NCBI GenBank assembly: GCA_031393555.1
Contig: JANMVW010000317.1
Location: forward strand, 1 to 48,739
Source: Acidobacteriota bacterium
GTDB lineage: Bacteria > Acidobacteriota > Polarisedimenticolia > Polarisedimenticolales > DASRJG01
Length of the DNA stretch: 48,739 nt
Direction: 5' to 3'
The notes under the pieces are model-generated. The model saw only the letters and a list, made by a program, of their open reading frames with translations. It was not told the DNA's origin and did no database searches. Below are positions 38,884-48,209 of the stretch, in pieces. Both the position numbers and the translations under genes were made by a program. The stretch's first letter is position 1. Each line of letters begins with the position of its first letter.

Positions 38884-40131
38884 TTACTGACGCTTTCCGA
38901 CCTGCCGCCCTCCGAGGTCGAAAACGAGAAACTCCGCGCGGAGTCCGGCGGCTGACGTCGGCTTGATCAGGTAGGGCCGCAGGTTGAAGGCCCGTTCGAA
39001 GCCCTCGTTGGCGACGATCACCGCGGCGCGCCAGCCGTCGAAGCGTCGAAGCGTTCTGCCGAGATCGCGATAGAGCCGGATCACGTCGCCTTCTTCTCCC
39101 TGCATCCGGTGCCCGTAGGGCGGGTTGAAGGCGAAAACCCCGCGGCCGCGCGGCGCACCGGGCAGGATCTCGGCGAAGCGCTCCGGGGTGAGATCGGTGG
39201 CGTCCATCGAACGCACCACGATCGATTGCTCGACATCCCGTCCGGTGAGACCGGAGGCCCGCAGGTTCCCGATCATCCAGGCAATGCACTCTTCGTTGAT
39301 GTCCGAGGCGAGGATGAACGGCCGCGTGTCCGGGTAGAGCGGAGGGGCCTGAGCAGGAAAGCCTTCGAACACCGGCAATCGGAGGGCCGGGAGATCCTCC
39401 GGCCTGCGGACGGCAAAGCCACGGGCCAAAAGCGCGGCCTCGACGGGAATGGTGCCGCTGCCGGCGGTCGGGTCGACCAGGGGCTCTTCGTGGGGCATCC
39501 ACTTCGAAAGCAGTACGAGCTGGGCGGCGAGCGTTTCGCGCATGGGCGCCGGCCCCTGGGCGACGCGCTGTCCGCGCAGGTGCCGAGGGCCCCCGCCGAG
39601 GTCGAGGATGACGAGCGTGCGGCGGTCGTTTTCAACCCCGACGCGGCGCACGAGCATGTGCCACTCCGCGGCCTCGGTCTGAACCACCGCCTCGCCGCCT
39701 CGTCGCTGCATCGCCTGTTCGAACGCGCTCTTCACGGCACCGCGCACTTGCAGGGGTCCGGCTTCGAAGTCCTCGACGCCTTTCACCTCGACCGTGAACG
39801 TGACCTGGCGTCCGCGCGGCAGGCGATCGTCCGCGGCCAAGAGCGGAACCAGATCGTCAACCAACGGCTCGAGGCGGACGGCGGGCGACGAGGCGAGCTC
39901 CCAACCGACACGCGAGGAGCTGCGATGGTAACAAGCGGCGACCCAAGCAACGGCCGGATCGAACGGGTAGCGCAGCGCTGTTGAGCCCTGACGCGCCGGC
40001 TTCGGCACGCGCACTTGAAACGGCGAGCGCATCACGAGGCGGAGCAGCTCGGACTCCATGACCTTGTTGGCGCCGACCGTGCCTGAGACCCGGAGCGCCG
40101 ACTCCGTTTGCGCGCTCGACGGACTCTCCAT
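38884..40131 (-). CDS. RlmL/UPF0020-like class I SAM-dependent RNA methyltransferase
   Basis: ATG 40131 after GGGAAGG; APMRETLAA, DPTAGSGTIPVEAA, NPPYG; 415 aa. Confidence 0.85.
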   Translation of the reverse strand: MESPSSAQTESALRVSGTVGANKVMESELLRLVMRSPFQVRVPKPARQGSTALRYPFDPAVAWVAACYHRSSSRVGWELASSPAVRLEPLVDDLVPLLAADDRLPRGRQVTFTVEVKGVEDFEAGPLQVRGAVKSAFEQAMQRRGGEAVVQTEAAEWHMLVRRVGVENDRRTLVILDLGGGPRHLRGQRVAQGPAPMRETLAAQLVLLSKWMPHEEPLVDPTAGSGTIPVEAALLARGFAVRRPEDLPALRLPVFEGFPAQAPPLYPDTRPFILASDINEECIAWMIGNLRASGLTGRDVEQSIVVRSMDATDLTPERFAEILPGAPRGRGVFAFNPPYGHRMQGEEGDVIRLYRDLGRTLRRFDGWRAAVIVANEGFERAFNLRPYLIKPTSAAGLRAEFLVFDLGGRQVGKRQ

Positions 40132-40169
40132 CGTTCTTCCCCTTCCCGCCCAGCCCTCGGATGCCGGTC

Positions 40170-40937
40170 TCAGCAGCGCGTGCGCATCGATTCGCGCGCG
40201 CGCTCCTGCGCCGCGGGAGTCTCGAAACCCTTGGACGCCGCATGGGCCCAGGTCTTGTCCAGCGTCGGCGCCGCTTCGACCGTCTTGCAGGCCGTGTCGC
40301 CGTGATCGATCTCGATTCTCCCGATCCGCTTCGAGGCTGCGGTCACGGACTTGCGGAGGGCGGCGCTGCGGCAGCCGATCGCGACGAGAGCGTGAAGCAT
40401 CGCCTGGCGCCGGGCGTTCGGCGAGGCCAGGATCGATTTTTCGATCTCCGCGAGGCGCTTGACGAACCAGGAGTCGGGCGTCTCCTCGTCGCGCATCGCC
40501 ATCGCGCCGACGAGCGACCACCCGGCGCAACGCCTCGTCTCGTCCTTTGCGGCGAGCCACGCTTCGGACAGGTGTTTTGCATGAGGTCCCTCGGCAACGA
40601 GGTGTGCCAGGTAACCCCCACACATGCGTGCGACCGGCACCTTCGCCCAACGGTCGAGATCGGACCGCGAGATCCGCGCGGGGTCGGCGACTTTCACGGC
40701 CAGGAGGCGCGCGTCGAAGTTGCCGGTGTCCCACAGCGCGAGCGCGAGCTCCTGATCGACGCCGATGCGCTTCACCAGCGTCGTCAGGGCGGCGAAGCTC
40801 ACGCCGAACATCGGCTCCGCCGCTCCGTGGCGCGCGTACGTCTTGCGCGTCTGCGCGGAGCCGGCCTTCTCGAGAGCCGACATGGCCTCGGCAAGGGTCA
40901 TACGTGGTTTCGGCGGCTTCGCGGCTTTGGCGGGCAT
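40170..40937 (-). CDS. DNA alkylation repair protein (AlkD-like HEAT repeat family)
   Basis: MFGVSFA, LALALWDTGNFDARLLA, IGRIEIDHGDTACK. Confidence 0.8.
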   Translation of the reverse strand: MPAKAAKPPKPRMTLAEAMSALEKAGSAQTRKTYARHGAAEPMFGVSFAALTTLVKRIGVDQELALALWDTGNFDARLLAVKVADPARISRSDLDRWAKVPVARMCGGYLAHLVAEGPHAKHLSEAWLAAKDETRRCAGWSLVGAMAMRDEETPDSWFVKRLAEIEKSILASPNARRQAMLHALVAIGCRSAALRKSVTAASKRIGRIEIDHGDTACKTVEAAPTLDKTWAHAASKGFETPAAQERARESMRTRC

Positions 40938-40961
40938 GGCGATCTCCGTTGACGGCGATTT

Positions 40962-41900
40962 TCAGACGACGATGGACCGAACGAATTCCCAGGTTTGCGC
41001 GACGCCTACTTCGAAACGAGTTTGGGGTGTCCAGCCCAGCTCTTCCCGAGCCCGCGTGATGTCGAGATAGACGCGGCGGACGTCGAAAGGGCGGCCCGGC
41101 AGAAACGTGACTTCCGGCTTGCGCTTCAGCACGTCCTCGATGTGGGCGAGCACATCCAAGACCGAGAGCCCGGTTCCGGCACCGATGTTGAATACCCGCG
41201 AACGGGACGACTTCAACGAGGCGGTGTAGACGGCCTCGGCCAGATCGTTGACGACGAGAAAGTCCCGTTCGACGAGGCCGTCGCCCCAGATTTCGATGGG
41301 ACGTCCTTGAGCGATGCGCGTGAGCATCGCGGTCACGACTCCCAGTCCCGAGAACGGGTTTTGTCGCGGCCCGAACGGATTGGCCGCGCGGAGGATGGTG
41401 TAATCCAGGCCGTGCAGGAGTTGAAACAACGCCAGGTACTTTTCGATGGCCAGCTTGACGATGCCGTAGGAACAGGTTGGTTCGGTGGGTGCGTCTTCCG
41501 GGACGGGACAGACGGAAGGGTTGCCGTACACCGTCCCCCCGCTCGAAAGGAAGACGACCTTGCGCACGCGCGCGGCGACGCACTGCTGCAGGATCGACAG
41601 GGTTCCGGCGAGATTGGATTGGACATCGAAGATGGGGTCGTCGTTGGACGTTTTGGGGACGGTCGAGGACGCGAGATGGATGACGATGGCCCGGTCCGCG
41701 CACGCGGACGCCAGCGCCTCGGGATGAGCCAAGGACTCGTACCGATAGTCCACGCCCGGCACGGGAGAGCGATAGGCCTCCGCCCGGAGGTCGAGCACGC
41801 GAACGTCGTGTCCGTCGGCCACGAATCGGTCCACGACGTGGGAGCCGATGAAGCCGCAGCCGCCCAGCACCAGAACGGACGGTTTCAAGTGAGTCGTCAT
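40962..41900 (-). CDS. NAD-dependent epimerase/dehydratase (UDP-glucose 4-epimerase-like)
   Basis: GGCGFIG, SSGGTVYG, YGIVK, NPFGPRQ, WGDG...RDF. Start placed at ATG 41900. Confidence 0.92.
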   Translation of the reverse strand: MTTHLKPSVLVLGGCGFIGSHVVDRFVADGHDVRVLDLRAEAYRSPVPGVDYRYESLAHPEALASACADRAIVIHLASSTVPKTSNDDPIFDVQSNLAGTLSILQQCVAARVRKVVFLSSGGTVYGNPSVCPVPEDAPTEPTCSYGIVKLAIEKYLALFQLLHGLDYTILRAANPFGPRQNPFSGLGVVTAMLTRIAQGRPIEIWGDGLVERDFLVVNDLAEAVYTASLKSSRSRVFNIGAGTGLSVLDVLAHIEDVLKRKPEVTFLPGRPFDVRRVYLDITRAREELGWTPQTRFEVGVAQTWEFVRSIVV

Positions 41901-41913
41901 GCGAGACACATTA

Positions 41914-43122
41914 TCAACGGGACACGATGAAGTCCGGTGGGTTTCCACCCGCGTGAAGCCAGGCGTACAGGTAAAGCGTTCTGCGGGCGGCTTCCTGCCA
42001 CGTGTAATGTTCGGCCACGAGGTTCCTGGCCCGTTGGCCCATGGCCTGCCTGCGCTCCGGCGTCAATGACGCCACGTCTTCCAAGGCCGAAGCCACTCCG
42101 TCGACGGAGATGTCGCACCACCAGCCGCAATCATGACGCTTCAGCTCTTCCCACGGCGACGAGCGGGTGGTCAGCACGGGGACTCCGGCCGCCAGCGCTT
42201 CGAGCACGATCATGGGGGCGCCTTCGCTGAACGACGGCAGAACGAAAACCTCCGTGGCCTCGAACGCGTCGCGCTTGGCCTGGCCGAAGAGCGGCCCGAC
42301 GAAGCGAACCCGTTCGTTCCATCCCAGCTCCGTCACGCGGGCCTTCACCTCGGCTTCGTGCCCTTCTTCGTCCACTCCGGCGACGACCAGAGTCCAATCG
42401 GTCCGAAGAGACGGCACGCGCTGCATGGCGTCGAGGAGCATGAGCAGCCCCTTCTTCCGGGCGATGCGCGAGATGAACAGGAGAATCCGGCGATCCGGGC
42501 CGAGGCCCTGAGAGAGGCGAAACGCCTCGGCGTTCCCCTTGCTTGCGAGCCATTCCCGGGAGACGCCGTTGTTGATGAGAGCAATGGGATTGCGCAGTCC
42601 GAAGTCCCGGAAGTTCGAAATCTCCCGTTCGGACGTGGCGTGAAGGCAGTCCGCCGAATCCAAGTTCCGGCCCTCGTAAAACCGCCGGGCGAGCTTTTTT
42701 TTCCATCGGGATTTGCGGAGCGCCCAGTCATCCAGCGTACCGTGAGGAGCGATCACCACCCGCACGTTGCCGGCGCCGCGCAGCATCGCCGGGACGCGGG
42801 AGATCAGCAGCCAGACCAGGTGCTGGTGCACGACGATGTTCCCGTCCCAGCGCGCCGCGCGGGCGGCCGCTTCCATGTCGCGACTGCGCCCCAGAAATGC
42901 CGGCCAGGACAGGGGAAACCCTCGCATCTGCTCGGACGGAAGAGGGGAATGTTGGGCGGCCCAGGTCAGGTCCTCGGGCTGGTCCAAGGTCCAGACGTGA
43001 GCACCGGCTCCCAGCTCGCGCTGCGCGGCCGCCAGTTGGGTGGCGACCTGCCCGACACCATAGGAGTGCCGGCCGACCGTCTGTGTCAGGTGAATGACGC
43101 GTGAGGGTTCTTTCATGAGCAT
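41914..43122 (-). CDS. Glycosyltransferase family 4
   Basis: PHGTL, ISRIARKKG, FVLPSFSEGAPMIVLEALAAGVPV. Confidence 0.92.
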   Translation of the reverse strand: MLMKEPSRVIHLTQTVGRHSYGVGQVATQLAAAQRELGAGAHVWTLDQPEDLTWAAQHSPLPSEQMRGFPLSWPAFLGRSRDMEAAARAARWDGNIVVHQHLVWLLISRVPAMLRGAGNVRVVIAPHGTLDDWALRKSRWKKKLARRFYEGRNLDSADCLHATSEREISNFRDFGLRNPIALINNGVSREWLASKGNAEAFRLSQGLGPDRRILLFISRIARKKGLLMLLDAMQRVPSLRTDWTLVVAGVDEEGHEAEVKARVTELGWNERVRFVGPLFGQAKRDAFEATEVFVLPSFSEGAPMIVLEALAAGVPVLTTRSSPWEELKRHDCGWWCDISVDGVASALEDVASLTPERRQAMGQRARNLVAEHYTWQEAARRTLYLYAWLHAGGNPPDFIVSR

Positions 43123-43191
43123 CCGCCGGAAATGATCTCATGGATAGGTTATTTCATCGGCCGCGCCTGTTCATGTAGGATCGGCGCCCTG

Positions 43192-44061
43192 ATGAAGCCG
43201 GCGCCGACGAAACACACCGCGATCTTGTTGATCGACTGTCCCGATCAGAAGGGAATCGTCGCGGCGTTGGCCGATCTCCTCTACGCGAACGGCGCCAACA
43301 TCCTGCATGCCGACCAGCATCAGGAACCGGAGCAGGGACTGTTCCTGACGCGGGTCGAGTGGGACCTGGCCGGGTTCCAGCTCGAGCCGGCGGCGTTCGG
43401 CGAGCGGTTCCGCCCGATCGCGGAGCGGTTCCAAATGCGCTGGCGGTTGGAGCAATCGGCCTTGCGGCCGCGGGTGGCTCTGTTCGTGTCGCACTACGAC
43501 CACTGCCTTGCGGATCTCTTGCATCGTCACGACAGCGGCGAGTTGGCCTGCGAGATCCCTCTGATCATCGCCAACCACCACGACGCGAAGCGGCTGGCGG
43601 ATTTCCACGGCATCCCGTTCGTGTACGTCGAGGTGAGAAAAGAAGACAAGGCGGCCGCCGAGCGCGTGCAACTGGAGTTGTTGGGCGAGCATCGGATCGA
43701 CCTGGTCGTGCTTGCGCGGTACATGCAGGTCTTGTCGGGGGAATTCGTCGCGAGGTATCCGCAGCGGATCATCAACGTGCATCACTCGTTTCTCCCCGCG
43801 TTCGGCGGCGCGCGGCCGTATCACAGGGCCTACGAGCGCGGCGTGAAGCTCATCGGGGCGACGAGCCATTACGTCACCGAGACGCTCGATGACGGGCCGA
43901 TCATCGAGCAGGACGTCGTCCGCATCTCCCACCGCGATCAGATCGACGACTTGCTGCAAAAAGGGCGCGATCTGGAGAAGGTCGTCCTCTCCCGCGCGGT
44001 GCGCTGGCACGTCGACCATCGCATTCTCGTGTACGGCAACAAGACGGTCGTGTTCGACTGA
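43192..44061 (+). CDS. purU: Formyltetrahydrofolate deformylase
   Basis: ACT-like CPDQKGIVA, VLARYMQVLS, INVHHSFLPAF, GVKLIGATSHYVT, GRDLEK, NKTVVF. Confidence 0.95.
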   Translation: MKPAPTKHTAILLIDCPDQKGIVAALADLLYANGANILHADQHQEPEQGLFLTRVEWDLAGFQLEPAAFGERFRPIAERFQMRWRLEQSALRPRVALFVSHYDHCLADLLHRHDSGELACEIPLIIANHHDAKRLADFHGIPFVYVEVRKEDKAAAERVQLELLGEHRIDLVVLARYMQVLSGEFVARYPQRIINVHHSFLPAFGGARPYHRAYERGVKLIGATSHYVTETLDDGPIIEQDVVRISHRDQIDDLLQKGRDLEKVVLSRAVRWHVDHRILVYGNKTVVFD

Positions 44062-44085
44062 TCGCGTGGTCGCCGGCACCCGGTC

Positions 44086-45642
44086 CTAGAACCCGAAACG
44101 CGTGAGTACCTTCGCGACCCGCGCCCTCGTCGTTTCGGACTTCATGGGGAAGGCGCGGAAGAAGTCGTCACGGGTGAGCGAGGCATTGCGCGCGCGCACG
44201 TCGGCCGCCCACGAAACGGCACGGGTGTCATCCCCTGCCAAGGCATGGGCCACGGCCGCGACCATCGCGATCAGCACGTGGGCGCCCGGCGAGCGCGCGG
44301 CCCGTTCGGCCCACCCCGCCGCCTCGGCATCCTCGCCCTGGACCATGTGGGAGAACGCCCGAGTTCCCAGCATCCCGTAGTAGAGCGGGTCGAGGGGGCT
44401 CAGGCGCATTGCGAGATCGACGTGTGCGCGCCCCTCGAGCCCCCGTCCCGCCAGGGTTTCGGTCCAGGCGCGAGCATAGATCCCCTGCGCGTAGTTCGGG
44501 CTGATCGACGTCGCGCGCTCGAGCCAGCCCAGGCTGCCCTCCAGGTCGCCCGTGAGCCAGAACGTGCGCCCCATCGTCGAATTGACGAACGGGTCCAGCG
44601 GGTCGAGCTCGAGTCCGCGCTCGGCGAAGCGCCGGGCCAAAACGACCTCGCCGGCACGATCGTCCGTGTGCCGCATGAAGGCCGTCTGAAAATGAACGAA
44701 AGAGAGTCCCGCATGGGCGCGTGCGAAGCCGGGGTCTTTGGCGACGGCCTGCCGGAACAAGGCGGTGGCCGCGGCGTTGTCCTCGCGATTGAATCGGTAC
44801 ATGTGCTGAAGGCCGAGGTGATAGGCCGACCAGGCGTCGAGGTTTTCGGTCACGCGCAGGCGCGCGAGCGCGGCCTCGTGCAACGGGATTTCGATCTCGA
44901 GTGCCGCAAGGATTCGGGAGCGAATCTCCGCGCGGACCTGGTGCACGTCGTCGATCGCGCCCGCAAAACGATCGGCCCAGACGACGCCCCCGTCCCGCGT
45001 GTCCGCGAGCTCGATCGTGACGGTGAGACTCGCACCCGCGATCTCCACCGTGCCGGACAGGCAGTAGCGCACTCCGAGCACGCGGCCGACCTCACCCAGG
45101 TCGCCTTGCGAGTCGCGGAGCCGAAACGACGACGCGCGAGCGGTGACGAAAAGCCATCGCAATCGCGACAACTCGGCGATCAGCTCGTGGGGCAGGGCGT
45201 CCGCAATGGCCGCATACGAATTCGCGACGCCGAGGAGCCGAAACGGCAACACCGCGATCGACGGTCGCGAGGTCTGTTCGGCGGGCGGCATCGCGGGCAA
45301 GTCGGTGGACTGCAGGCCCCGCGCTGATTGCACCTCCGCGACGAACCGAAAGCCTTTGCGTTGAATCGTCCTGATGAAGCGCTGGGCCTTTCCGTCGTCG
45401 CCCAAGGCCTTGCGCGCGGACTTGACCCGGCTGGCCACCGCCGCCTCGGAGACGACGCGGCCGTCCCAGACCTTCTCGATGATCTCGGTCTTGGCGACGA
45501 CGCGCTCGCAGTTTTCGATCAGCAAGGCGAGGAGCGCGAAGACCTGCGGTTCGACGGGGCGAACTTCGTGGCCCGCGCGCAATTCGACTTGGGCCGTGTC
45601 CAGTTCGAAGTGGCCAAACCGGTAAATCATGGGCGTCAGCAT
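44086..45642 (-). CDS. OmpR/CadC-type winged-helix regulator with TolB-like and TPR domains
   Basis: YRFGHFELD, EPQVFALL, VWDGRVVS, ARKALGDDG...IRTIQRKGFRF; PSIAVLPF; TPRs (LSPLDP). Confidence 0.9.
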   Translation of the reverse strand: MLTPMIYRFGHFELDTAQVELRAGHEVRPVEPQVFALLALLIENCERVVAKTEIIEKVWDGRVVSEAAVASRVKSARKALGDDGKAQRFIRTIQRKGFRFVAEVQSARGLQSTDLPAMPPAEQTSRPSIAVLPFRLLGVANSYAAIADALPHELIAELSRLRWLFVTARASSFRLRDSQGDLGEVGRVLGVRYCLSGTVEIAGASLTVTIELADTRDGGVVWADRFAGAIDDVHQVRAEIRSRILAALEIEIPLHEAALARLRVTENLDAWSAYHLGLQHMYRFNREDNAAATALFRQAVAKDPGFARAHAGLSFVHFQTAFMRHTDDRAGEVVLARRFAERGLELDPLDPFVNSTMGRTFWLTGDLEGSLGWLERATSISPNYAQGIYARAWTETLAGRGLEGRAHVDLAMRLSPLDPLYYGMLGTRAFSHMVQGEDAEAAGWAERAARSPGAHVLIAMVAAVAHALAGDDTRAVSWAADVRARNASLTRDDFFRAFPMKSETTRARVAKVLTRFGF

Positions 45643-45657
45643 AGGGCAGACCCGCGA

Positions 45658-45700
45658 GTCCTCCTAAAAACCTCCAGCGTTTCTCCATGAAACCTCCAAG
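45658..45700. promoter_or_regulatory. Four 11-bp-phased direct repeats (CTCC core), probable wHTH operator
   Basis: CTCC at 45661, 45672, 45683 and 45694; AAACCTCCA occurs twice. Lies between the divergent regulator and tautomerase genes. Confidence 0.7.
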
Positions 45701-45784
45701 CGGCGGACGCTCAGAGGTGTCACTGTCTCGTCACCGGCGGCGGAATGGTTCCGGCGGCGGCAGTGAAGCGATCAGGAGGTGCCC

Positions 45785-46009
45785 ATGCCACTCGTGACCA
45801 TCGACGTCATCAAGGATGTCTTCTCCCCCGCACAGAAGCGCGCTCTCATCGACAAAGTCACGCAGGCGATGATCGAGGTCGAAGGCGAGAACATGCGCCC
45901 CGTGACCTGGGTCCGCATCAAGGAGTTCGAAGGTGGGGACTGGGCCATCGGAGGAAAGGCGCTGAAAGCGTCCGATGTCCACGCCCTCGCCGCGGGAAGA
46001 GCGGACTGA
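45785..46009 (+). CDS. 4-oxalocrotonate tautomerase family protein
   Basis: SD AGGAGG; catalytic Pro after Met (MPLVTI); WAIGG; 74 aa. Confidence 0.92.
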   Translation: MPLVTIDVIKDVFSPAQKRALIDKVTQAMIEVEGENMRPVTWVRIKEFEGGDWAIGGKALKASDVHALAAGRAD

Positions 46010-46016
46010 GCCCGCG

Positions 46017-46403
46017 ATGCGAATCGCCAAGAAGGACATTCCCGTCAGAATCAACGCCCCGGGTGCCGTCGCTCGACAACAGCTGAACTTCGGCGACGCC
46101 ACCGGGTACGGCCGGATCAGCGGCGAGTATTTTTCTCTCGGCGCCGGCGCAGACATCGCGCCTCTGCTCGTGGGGCTCGAGGGCGACCTCTGCCAGTCGC
46201 CGCACTGGGGCTACCTCTTGCAGGGTGAGCTCACCGTGACCTACGCCGACGACACGCAGGAAGTGATCCGGAGCGGCGATCTCTTCTACTGGCCGCCCGG
46301 ACACACGGTGAAAGTCGGCGCCGATGCCGAGGTCGTCTTGTTCAGTCCGCAAGACGAGCACAGCGCGGTCATCGATCACATGCTGCGCAAGATGGCTGGC
46401 TGA
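46017..46403 (+). CDS. Cupin-domain protein
   Basis: CQSPHWGYLLQGEL...GDLFYWPPGHT. Confidence 0.85.
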   Translation: MRIAKKDIPVRINAPGAVARQQLNFGDATGYGRISGEYFSLGAGADIAPLLVGLEGDLCQSPHWGYLLQGELTVTYADDTQEVIRSGDLFYWPPGHTVKVGADAEVVLFSPQDEHSAVIDHMLRKMAG

Positions 46404-46440
46404 CGACGAGAGCACGCCGCGGTCGACGGGGCCGGCGACG

Positions 46441-46701
46441 TCAGTGCATGAAGTCGTCGTGCGTCCCGGCCGGCTTGTCCGCGGTATGGAGCAGGCTGTG
46501 GGCGTGCCCGGTCTGCTCGGCGAGGAAGGTCGCGATGGCGCAGAATTCGCCGGCTTTTCTGTCGGCGTTGAAATGCACGGCCTTGTGGATGAGGGCGCGG
46601 ACCAGCGCCCAGTCGCTGTCCCGGCTCTTGCCGCCGATGGAGCGAAGCACCTCGTTCAGTTTCGCTTCGTGTTGTTTTTGCAGCTCGTCGATCGTCGCCA
46701 T
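46441..46701 (-). CDS. Small His-rich helical hypothetical protein (86 aa)
   Basis: GAGG upstream of ATG 46701; MATIDELQKQHEAKL...GHAHSLLH...HDDFMH; protein-like composition. Confidence 0.6.
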   Translation of the reverse strand: MATIDELQKQHEAKLNEVLRSIGGKSRDSDWALVRALIHKAVHFNADRKAGEFCAIATFLAEQTGHAHSLLHTADKPAGTHDDFMH

Positions 46702-46718
46702 CGCGTGACCTCGGTTTT

Positions 46719-48041
46719 CTAGGAAGGTGCCGCGGGAGATTTCGCCCCGGCCGTCAGGTGGACGTTCCCCTCGGCCTCGATTTCGATCTGCGGCTGCTGG
46801 CCCTGCCCGAGCGCGCCGTGAATTTCGGTGGCATCCGCCGGAACCTTGATCGTCGGGAGGTCGCTCGTGATGTGGCCGGAGGTCGACCGGGCGGTGACGC
46901 GGCACGACGCGTTCGCGGGGAAGCGAACGGTGAGGTCACCGTTGTTGCTCTTCAGGAGGCTGTCCTTGTCGCCCGCGATCGCGGCCCACCCAACGTCGGC
47001 GTTTCCCCCTCCGATATCGAGGTGCACGGCGCCTTGGAGCTCGAGCAGTTGCGCGTCGCCGCCGAAGACGACGGCGGTCACGGGGCCGGTGTTCTTCTGG
47101 ACGACGACCCCGGCGCCCGTCGTGTCCAGATCGACCTCCCCCGTGATCCCCTCGAGCTTGATCTCGGCGCGCCGCGCCCGAACTCTGACCGTTCCTTGAT
47201 TCCCCTTGCCGCGCAGCGAACCGCCGTCCAGCTCGAAGCGCATCGACGACGTCATGTTCGTAAACTCAACCGCGGCGTCGGAGGTGACCGTCAGGTCGCC
47301 TTTTCCGCCGGTCAGGCGCAGCGGGGATTCCGACAAGCGCAGCTCGCCTCCGGTCGCCAGCCCCGTCACTTCCCCGGAGCCGCCGCGGGCGTCGAGGCGG
47401 AGCGCGCCGGTGAGCCCCTGTACCTTGAACGTGGCGTCCCGGCTGGTGAGGTCGAGGCCGGCGCGTAGATTCGTCGCGGAAAAAGTGGAGGCGGCGCCAA
47501 TCCGCGCGGTTACTCCACCGGCGAGATTCGAAAGACCCAGCGAGCCGCCGTCGACCGCGGCGTCGAGCGGCCCCGTGAGCGCCTGCACGCGCACGACGGT
47601 TCCGCTCCCCACGATCCCGACCGCGCCGGCGAACCCATCCACCAAGACCGTGCCGCCCTGCGCCTCGACGCGCACGGAAAACGACGCCGGCGCCTCCACG
47701 CGAAGGACGCCGTCGGGAAGCGTCCCGCCGGGAGGGGAGGAGATCGTCACCGCGGTTTCGCCGAACGCGACCGCGATAGGGCGCTCGCTGCCGGATTTGT
47801 CTTTGGCCTTACTGGTGAAGCGGAGCTCCCGCGTGGGCTTCGTCGTGACGACGATCTGGCCGGGAACGCCACGGATCACGAGCGACGATTGAGCGGCGAG
47901 GGGAAACAGGCCGGTTGCCTTGGCGGAATCGGGTTTCACCGCGGGTGCTTGCGCCGCGATGCCGGAAGCGTAAAGCGCCGCGATGGCGAGGCTTCCCAGG
48001 GTGCGTGCGGTACCGGTTCGATCCGATCGTGTCGCGACCAC
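46719..48041 (-). CDS. Exported DUF4097-like beta-strand repeat protein
   Basis: GTG 48041 after GGGAGG; signal peptide; repeated G-x-V/L-x-V strands; SNNGDLTVRFP...STSGHITSD. Confidence 0.7.
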   Translation of the reverse strand: MVATRSDRTGTARTLGSLAIAALYASGIAAQAPAVKPDSAKATGLFPLAAQSSLVIRGVPGQIVVTTKPTRELRFTSKAKDKSGSERPIAVAFGETAVTISSPPGGTLPDGVLRVEAPASFSVRVEAQGGTVLVDGFAGAVGIVGSGTVVRVQALTGPLDAAVDGGSLGLSNLAGGVTARIGAASTFSATNLRAGLDLTSRDATFKVQGLTGALRLDARGGSGEVTGLATGGELRLSESPLRLTGGKGDLTVTSDAAVEFTNMTSSMRFELDGGSLRGKGNQGTVRVRARRAEIKLEGITGEVDLDTTGAGVVVQKNTGPVTAVVFGGDAQLLELQGAVHLDIGGGNADVGWAAIAGDKDSLLKSNNGDLTVRFPANASCRVTARSTSGHITSDLPTIKVPADATEIHGALGQGQQPQIEIEAEGNVHLTAGAKSPAAPS

Positions 48042-48209
48042 TAGCGTCTTCCTCCCTGTCCACGGTCCCGATAGGGTATCGCGAATCACCACCCTCGCCT
48101 CACCCCAACGGCTTTTCGGTAGGGTTTCACCCCATCGATGGGGTCGCCTCGACCGGATACGGTTATCTCGGCATCGAACGTCAGTCCAACAAAAAAACAG
48201 GAGATACCC

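Noticed and set aside
38884-41703. 939-aa ORF suggesting a long fusion methyltransferase
   Set aside because: The N-terminal ~520 aa are Arg/Pro-rich out-of-frame read-through over the AlkD-like and epimerase genes. The real gene starts at about 40131.
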